NCBI GenBank assembly: GCA_000004695.1
Contig: CM000154.2
Coordinates: 1,632,001-1,696,000, forward strand
Reading direction: 5' to 3'
Origin: Dictyostelium discoideum
Taxonomy: Eukaryota
DNA length: 64,000 bases
Shown piece after piece: positions 57,324 through 64,000 of the stretch. Position 1 is the first letter of the stretch. Each line of letters starts with the position of its first letter. The notes under the pieces are model-generated. The model made no database searches. It was given only the letters and a program-made list of their open reading frames with translations, and was not told the origin of the DNA. Position numbers and translations under genes: made by a program.

Positions 57324-57436
57324 TAAATTTATAAAAAAAAAAATTAAAATAAAAATAAAAAACGGGAATATAATTCCAATTAATTATTGGTGTGGAAAAA
57401 TTATTAATGTGTAAATGAAATTTTATTTGAAACAAT

Positions 57437-58684
57437 TTAAACACGGGCTTCGGCAGCACTTGCATCACTAGAAATTGAACAAGTTTCCATTGAAATGAAA
57501 AAGAAACCTTGTTGACCCCAGTCTTTAAAGATAAACAATTATTTTAATGTTTGTTGGTAAATTATGAGAATAATAATAAAAAAATTAAAAAAAAAAAGAA
57601 ATTATTAGTAATCAAAATGCTTAAGATAATTAAATAACTATAAAATTAAAAACTTACCAGCACCCCATGAATTAGCAACAATCCAGTAGTTTAATTGAGA
57701 GGTTTGATCAAAGCCCCAACCAACAATTTTAATAGCATGACCACCTAATAAAGATGAACCTGGAGTCATAACGTAAACACCTATTTATTAAAGTTTAATT
57801 AATAAAATGGTCATCAAAAAAATAAAAATAATAATAATTATAATTATACATACCTGAGCTGTAGCTCATAAAATCTTCATAAACTTCCATAGTACCAACG
57901 ATTGGACCATAAGCTAAAATGTTTTCTTGGATACATTGAACTGAAGAGCAAGTCTTTAAGGTGAATGGCTTAGCTCTGTATAAACTGTAATCTTCACTAT
58001 CGGAACATGATCTTTGACAAGAGTAGACAGTACCGTTACCAGCAGTGTATGGGACGCATGAGTCAGTTGGTAAACCTTTAAGTTCCATATATTCCCTATT
58101 TTATTTTTTATAAATAATTTAAAAATAAAGTTAATAAATGAATAATATTAAATTAAAAAAAGAAATAGATAATAAGAATAAATAACATACCAAGCTAATT
58201 GTGGGATACCACCACTACAACCATCATTACCATATACATCACAAGCAACTAAAGTTTGTGGACTGAGAGCACCTGGGTTAGTTTTATTATTTGAGGCAAT
58301 ACATAATCTATCACTTAAAACTTCAGATGAAGAAAAGGCCCAACATGAACCACATTGTTCTTGGTTGAGGATTGGGTGGATACAGTCTGGCCATTGGACA
58401 CGAGAATCGAATGAAGTTGGGATTGAACCTTTGAGTTCTTCACCATTTTCAGTTAATTTGAATGGAGCAGCAGTTTTTTTAGTACCCATCATACCAATGA
58501 TATCACCAAAAGTCTTACCTTCGAAATTTTTATTTCTATGGGCAGTCCATGATGATTTTTTATTATTATTGATTGAATTGATGAGGTTATCATCTAAAAC
58601 TGGTTTATCAAGGAATGAACCTAAACAAACTGAAGCAAAGTAAAAAGATACAAAGATTAAACAAATGATGTATGAAAATCTCAT
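57437..58684 (-). CDS. Cathepsin B-like papain-family cysteine protease (secreted). Exons are 58684-58191, 58095-57854, 57780-57658 and 57522-57437.
   Basis: Signal peptide MRFSYIICLIFVSFYFASVCLG. Active-site Cys in QGSCGSCWAFSSSEVLSDRLC. Introns are TG|GTATGT (58190) to aaaatag| (58096), G|GTATGT (57853) to aataaatag| (57781), and G|GTAAGT (57657) to tctttaaag| (57523). Exons 3-4 read ...GGHAIKIVGWG...YWIVANSWGADWGQQGFFFI... (human CTSB has GGHAIRILGWG...[20 protein letters not shown]). All phases are consistent. Confidence 0.85.
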
Positions 58685-59040
58685 TTTTTTATATATATAA
58701 ATTATTTAGTGAAAAAAAAAAAAAAGAAAAAAAAAAAAAAAAATTAAAAAATCATTTTTTCCAGCATAAAAAAAAAAAAAAAAAAAATTAAAAATAAAAA
58801 TAAAAATAAAAATTAAACCGTTCTACTGAAAATTCGAAATGATAAAAATATCTTAAACAATTGTGATGCAATTGCACCTTTCTTTTGAATTTTCTTTCTT
58901 TAATTTTTTTTTTTTCAAAACAAATTTAATTAATTTGATTTTATAAATAATATCCTAAAATTTTTCTTTATTTTTTTTTTTTTTTTCTTTTTTTTTTCCA
59001 AAACAAAATTAATTAATCTGGTTTTAAAAATAATATCCTA

Positions 59041-59075
<35 letters not shown>

Positions 59076-59216
59076 GTTTTTAAATTTATAATGATATTAA
59101 TTTTTTTAAGAATAGTTGGGGGTTATTAAATAAATATTTATTTTATATGTTTAAATTATAATTTTTTTTATTTTTATTTTTTTTTTATTTTTTTTTTTTT
59201 TTATTATTTGTTTTTT

Positions 59217-60747
59217 TTATTCCATCATACTTGAAGTATCATCAGTGAAATTTGAAGGAGCAACACCACCTCTTGAATTTGAAAAGAAAAGTTCACGACG
59301 AATTTCAGCGGTTATTATATGATGATTATGTTTTCTAAGGATGATTTTAAGTTTTTCTTTTTGATCTTTTGTAATATCAGTTTTATAACGTTGAACAAAG
59401 GATAAGAGAGCACGATGCCATAGTACAGGTAATTCACGAACTTCTTCATCAAACATAACGAAATGATCGACCAAACCATCGATTACACGATATGGAAGAG
59501 CGTATTTTTTATCACACAACATACGAATGAACATACTTGTGGCACCATTGTAACGAGTTAATTGAGATAACTTCATTAAGGCAACCGATGAATGTAATAC
59601 TGGAATTGAAACTTTACAAACAACACTACCAATGATTTTAGCTTCCAACAATGTACAATCACCACTCTCTGCCAATGGTAATAAAATTGCCTTATAAAAA
59701 GCGGCTGGTCTATACAATGATTTCTTTAATGCCATATAGAGATGATAATTTAATTTCTTATATTCTGCAATATTATCTCTAACTCTTGGTAAAACAACAA
59801 TTGATAAAAATCTTTGAGTAATCTTTGAATTTGTACTCATACAAAATAATTTAGTTGCAACTCTAATTGAATGTGGTGTCCATTTATCTGGACGTGTTAA
59901 ATATAATAAATCTTCCCAATTTGTAAAATTTGGTAAAATTCTAAATGCTCTTGGTATTTTACCTGATGTATAAGTTTCTAATAATTTACCAACTCTTTTT
60001 TTTTTTTAAAAAATTATTAGTTAGATTCATTCATAAATATTTTATTATTTTTATTATTTATATTTTTATATTATTATTATTATTATATAAAACTTACTTT
60101 GTATAAACATCAATAACTTTTGGATTAATAGCATTTTCAGAAGATACTTGTCTTGATTCATGTTCTTTTAATTTTGATTCAATGATATCACCAAGAGTGA
60201 AACGAGTTTGAAATTGTTGTTCTTGGCCATCACCACCACCACCACCCATAAACATTGAAAGTACTCTTTCATCTTCTTCATCGATTTCAACTTCACCACC
60301 AACACCAAATTGACTTTCAGTATCAGAGAATTGTTCAAAACCATCATTTTCATCGAAATCATTACCATTTGAACGTCTTTTATTATCATCTTGATCAGCA
60401 TCTTCATCGTCATCATCATCATCGATGAAATCGTTGAATGATAAAAGTTTAGATTGAATTCTCTCTTGTTCAAAAGTTAATAATTTCTCTTGTTTCTCTT
60501 TTTTTCTATCTTCAACTTCAACTTCAATTGCTTGTTCTCTAATTTGATCTAAAATCTTTTTAGATAAGGCTGATGGAATAACCGATTCAGTTTCATCAAT
60601 ACCAGTATCGTTCTCCATTTCGGCTTTCTTCTTTCTTAATTTACCAACTCTTTTATGTGGTTTTTGATATGCACTTTCTGATTCTTCAATTTGTTTACTT
60701 AATGGATCATGTCTTAATTTATGAACTTTTTTTACATCTTTACCCAT
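59217..60747 (-). CDS. Bystin (BYSL/Enp1; 40S ribosomal-subunit biogenesis factor). Exons are 60747-60098 and 59994-59217.
   Basis: Exon 1 has an acidic poly-D N-terminal region and ...ERVLSMFMGG...TLGDIIESKL... (human: ERAIEMFMNK...TLADIIMEKL). The intron runs AA|GTAAGT (60097) to aaaaaaag| (59995). Exon 2 reads (K)VGKLLETYTSGKIPRAFRILPNFTNWEDLLYLTRPDKWTPH...VVLPRVRDNIAEYKKLNYHLYMALKKSLYRPAAFYKAILLPLAESGDCTLLEAKIIGSV...VLHSSVALMKL..., which is near-colinear with human bystin. Confidence 0.8.
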
Positions 60748-60805
60748 TTTTTTAAATCCTATATAAATATATATATATATAACTATTTTTTTATAAATAA
60801 ATTTA

Positions 60806-60842
<37 letters not shown>

Positions 60843-61028
60843 CAATCGTTTTGGTCGTTTTTTTTTTTTTCGAAATTATTTTTTTTTATTTTTATTTTTA
60901 ATTTTTTATTTTTATTTTTTTTTATTTTTTTTTTTTTTTTTACAATTTCCTTTTTTTTTTTTTTATGATTGGTTGATTTTATTTTATTTTTTTTAATTTT
61001 TTATTTTTTTATTTTTTTATTTTTAGAT

Positions 61029-61638
61029 ATGATAGAAATTGAAGATCAATCGGATTACCAACAAAAACAAATTAGTTTTTTAGAATCTCAAGTAATTGAA
61101 AAAGGAAAAAGATTAAATAAAATTTTATTATTAGTAAAAGAAGAAAAAGAATTGGAAAATAAAAAATTAAATAAATTAAATGATACACTAAAAGAACAAT
61201 CTGATAAAATTGAAAATTTAAAATTAACTTTAAATAATAATGTAATTATTATTTTTTATTTTTTTTATTCAAAAAAAAAAAAAAAAAAAAAAACAAATCA
61301 AATAATTAATTTTCCAAAAAAAAAAAAAAAAGATAAATAAATTTGAAAAAGAAAAAAGTCAATTAGAAAATGAATTAAATGAATATATTAGAAATAATCA
61401 AATGATAGATTTACAAATTACACAATATTTATCATCAACTTCAAAAAATAACAGTGATTATGATTTAAATAATAAATATATTTTTGAAAGAATTGAATAT
61501 TATAAAAACAAACAAATTGATTTACAAAATAAATTATCAAATTTAAAAACTGTTGACAAAGAAGAAGAAGAATTAAAATCAAAATTTTTAAAATTATCAA
61601 CAATTGAAAAGAAATTAAATGATAAAGTTTTAAGTTCT

Positions 61639-61641
<3 letters not shown>
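61029..61641 (+). CDS. Small coiled-coil protein of about 173 aa, function unknown. Exons are 61029-61241 and 61333-61641.
   Basis: The sequence runs MIEIEDQSDYQQKQISFLESQVIEKGKRLNKILLLVKEEKELENKKL...LTLNNN|GTAATT (61242), then aaaaaag| (61332), then INKFEKEKSQLENELNEYIRNNQMIDLQ...IEKKLNDKVLSS*. Both exons have lengths that are multiples of 3, with heptad-like periodicity. Confidence 0.5.
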
Positions 61642-61672
<31 letters not shown>

Positions 61673-61745
61673 TAAAAAATAATAAAAATAAATTTGTATA
61701 CTATTAAAATTAATTACTATTTTTTTTTTAAATTTATTTATTTTA

Positions 61746-61776
<31 letters not shown>

Positions 61777-61801
61777 TTTATTTTTATTTTTATTTTTAAT
61801 T

Positions 61802-64000
61802 TTAATTATTATAATAATCAAAAATATAAGGTGGTACATAACCTTCAACGATTTTTCTAGAAGTATGAGAATATTTACAAAAATCTTCCAAGAATCTAAG
61901 TAAACCAATAACATCTTCAGGATAATCAGCATCATCTTTATTATTTTCTTTTGGATTAGCTAAAGCGATATTGATATGAGATTTAATGTATTGACCAACA
62001 AAAGCTAAAAACTTTTGAGTATGAAGTGAATGGAATTGTTGAAGTATTGTAATACAACCAATGATGAAAGGTGTCCAATCATAGCTATTCTTTTGTTTCT
62101 TTGAAGACATGACATTCAATTTTGAATTGAATTGGAATTTTGAAACTTGAGAGAGTACGAATAAAAACAATAGACATGGGAATTGTTCCAATGGAGAGGT
62201 GGTGATATAGATCTTTGTGAAAGGGTCATTAATACCTGCAGTATCTAAATACTGAGCCAAATCAAACAATAAAGTATTATCATCACTTGGATAAGGATTT
62301 GAATCTGGACGTTGGAAATGAGATTCTATATCATTCAATAATGATTTATTCATGATATCCAATGAAGAGAATAACATATTCGAATCGATTTTACAATGGA
62401 AATTTAATTGATTTGAAATTTGTCTTCTAATTAATTGAATTTGACCAATCTTTGTTAGGACATCAATGAAAATTGGGTAGAGTAACTTTGTTTTATCCAA
62501 TGCTTGTTGATAACGAATCATTGTGTCTGGTATATTGGTGGTTGGACGTAAGTAATCTTCAAATTCATTCAAGAAACCTTTAAGACTTTTCTCAACCAAA
62601 GAACGAGTTTGACTAACGAAAACTTGTAAATCCTTTACCATCATAAAACTAAACAACTTATCCAAACCTGTTAAACCAAAGATACCAACCGATTGATGAA
62701 GAATTGACCAAGTGTTTATACCAACCAATTCTTTACCACTAGATGGATCGAACCAACCAATTTGATTCAAATATAATGTAGTTTTACAATTGGTTTGATT
62801 TAGCAATTCCCTTGCTAAACGACCAATCATATTGACAGATTGTTGAGAATTTTGATCAGATTGTGATGGGAATTTTGGAATTGGAATTGCAACCGATTGA
62901 TATTGTGATTGCCAATCGTATACTTTTTTCTTTAAAAAACTATTACACTCTTGTTCAACGTAGAAATTGACAATACGTGAAAACTCCTCTTGCCAAATCT
63001 TTAGACCTTGAATGTTTACATAATCTTGAATGTATTGGAATGAACGTCTAAAACCATCCAATATATTTGACAACTCTTTTAGACGTTGTAATAATTCAAT
63101 CTCTTGTTGTTGTTGCTTATTGGATGGTGCTTGATATGGTTTACCACTGAAAATCAATGTTTTATCCATTGCCAATGCAATTTGTAATACCAACTCCTTA
63201 CGAATACCATCCTCGAGTAATTGTTTTGGATCGACTTCAATGATACCAACCAATGTTGTCTCCATTGCTAGAATACCCTCAGTGAAAACCGATACTGAAT
63301 GGGTTGCTCTTGCCAAATCGTATCTTTGATCCAATTGAGCGAAATCTCTTAATCTCTCTTTCTCAACTTTTGTTGGCATCTCTTGAATATTATTAGTTTG
63401 CATATTAATGATTTGTTTTAAGATTAAAAACATTTGTTTTGGTACGATTTCCAATACCTTTCTAACATAACCAACCAATTCACCAGAGTAATACTCTGAT
63501 ACCGATATAAGATCGGGTGATGAACATTGAGCGATTCTAACCAATGGTAAATCGAGAATTGATACTAATTTCAAAAAGGTGGCACGAAGTTTTAGTACAC
63601 ATTTTGGATCGGATTTAATACCCTTTTGCATTTGATCGACATAGTTATTAACGATTTCCCATGCATATGACATATCGGCACAAACTGAAAGATTGACCAA
63701 TACCTCCTCTTTGATATTAACGATTTTAATCATTTTAGTTAAAAATTGTCTAGTTTCAATTAAAAATTGTTTCACTTGAATACTTGAATCGATTTGTTGA
63801 AATTGCTCAACCTCTTCCAATGCCAATGAGAGTTGTTGAATTTTTCTACCGGTACTTGTTGAATCGGTAGAATCTAATTGACTAATCTTTTGAGAGATTT
63901 CACCAAACCATTTTTGAAGATTTTCATTCTTTTTCACACGAGTTAACGCTTTCTCACCAGAGAAATACTCTGAGAGTTCAACCATTGAATCTGATGCCAA
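61802..64000 (-). CDS. Large alpha-helical protein, C-terminal 731 aa only (the gene continues beyond the window end). Probable strumpellin (WASH complex subunit 5)-like.
   Basis: The ORF is open to the window edge. The C-terminus is ...TPFIIGCITILQQFHSLHTQKFLAFVGQYIKS...EDVIGLLRFLEDFCKYSHTSRKIVEGYVPPYIFDYYNN*. This matches my recollection of the strumpellin C-terminus, but I cannot align it here. Confidence 0.4.
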   Translation of the reverse strand: MASDSMVELSEYFSGEKALTRVKKNENLQKWFGEISQKISQLDSTDSTSTGRKIQQLSLALEEVEQFQQIDSSIQVKQFLIETRQFLTKMIKIVNIKEEVLVNLSVCADMSYAWEIVNNYVDQMQKGIKSDPKCVLKLRATFLKLVSILDLPLVRIAQCSSPDLISVSEYYSGELVGYVRKVLEIVPKQMFLILKQIINMQTNNIQEMPTKVEKERLRDFAQLDQRYDLARATHSVSVFTEGILAMETTLVGIIEVDPKQLLEDGIRKELVLQIALAMDKTLIFSGKPYQAPSNKQQQQEIELLQRLKELSNILDGFRRSFQYIQDYVNIQGLKIWQEEFSRIVNFYVEQECNSFLKKKVYDWQSQYQSVAIPIPKFPSQSDQNSQQSVNMIGRLARELLNQTNCKTTLYLNQIGWFDPSSGKELVGINTWSILHQSVGIFGLTGLDKLFSFMMVKDLQVFVSQTRSLVEKSLKGFLNEFEDYLRPTTNIPDTMIRYQQALDKTKLLYPIFIDVLTKIGQIQLIRRQISNQLNFHCKIDSNMLFSSLDIMNKSLLNDIESHFQRPDSNPYPSDDNTLLFDLAQYLDTAGINDPFTKIYITTSPLEQFPCLLFLFVLSQVSKFQFNSKLNVMSSKKQKNSYDWTPFIIGCITILQQFHSLHTQKFLAFVGQYIKSHINIALANPKENNKDDADYPEDVIGLLRFLEDFCKYSHTSRKIVEGYVPPYIFDYYNN

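Noticed and set aside
57437-57522. A G/C-richer island containing GCTTCGGCAGCAC, identical to the 5' stem-loop of U6 snRNA, which suggested an snRNA gene.
   Set aside because: The conserved U6 ACAGAGA and AGC boxes are absent. On the minus strand the segment is in phase with a GTAAGT...ctttaaag intron and encodes DWGQQGFFFISMETCSISSDASAAEARV*. This is the conserved C-terminal exon of the cathepsin-B-like gene (human [10 protein letters not shown]).

Overview
This 64-kb window is eukaryotic nuclear DNA and almost certainly Dictyostelium-like (social amoeba). The basis is inference from the sequence: it is about 75-80% A+T, has long homopolymer A/T tracts in intergenic DNA, has (AAT)n/(CAA)n tracts coding poly-Asn/Gln inside ORFs, and has short 70-135-bp AT-rich introns with GTAAGT/GTATGT donors and poly-T...AG acceptors. 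It is not prokaryotic, so CRISPR, operon and terminator logic does not apply. The window is gene-dense (about 30 genes) on both strands. Genes whose family I recognise from the translations: ALKBH6-like dioxygenase, APH/ChoK-like phosphotransferase, aldehyde dehydrogenase, LPAAT/AGPAT acyltransferase, a myristoylated ankyrin-RING E3 ligase, a CBS-domain protein, a monoamine-oxidase-like flavoenzyme ending in -SKL, a HIAT1/MFSD14-like MFS transporter, a NYN(+LOTUS-like) MARF1-type protein, RNase P p29 (POP4), nuclear-pore gp210/Nup210, TGS1 cap hypermethylase, RTF2, a Puf-A/PUM3-type pumilio protein, a coiled-coil+WD40 protein, a cathepsin-B-like protease, bystin, and a strumpellin-like partial gene. 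There are also several lineage-specific secreted/membrane glycoproteins, including a roughly 2040-aa LamG+discoidin type-I protein and an EGF+multipass TMEM8-like protein. Exon-intron structures were reconstructed by hand from the ORF track plus splice-site motifs and phase bookkeeping, so coordinates are best estimates (a few nt uncertainty). Two caveats on the ORF track. First, it uses alternative starts (TTG/GTG shown as 'M'). Second, many of its ORFs (for example 213-395, 13033-13545, 17797-18171, 31208-31522, 32313-32774) are frame artefacts of triplet repeats on the wrong strand or frame. There are three 100-N assembly gaps (15549-15648, 34224-34323, 51843-51942); the last lies inside a coding ORF. 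I did not find a clear novel 'system' in the prokaryotic sense. The most unusual items are a 5'-truncated P-loop NTPase relic with in-frame TAG stops next to the cathepsin gene, a frame break inside an (AAT)n tract of the NYN gene, a peroxisome-targeted (SKL) MAO-like oxidase beside an MFS transporter, and a tandemly duplicated poly(A)-terminated non-coding element at about 34990-35400.
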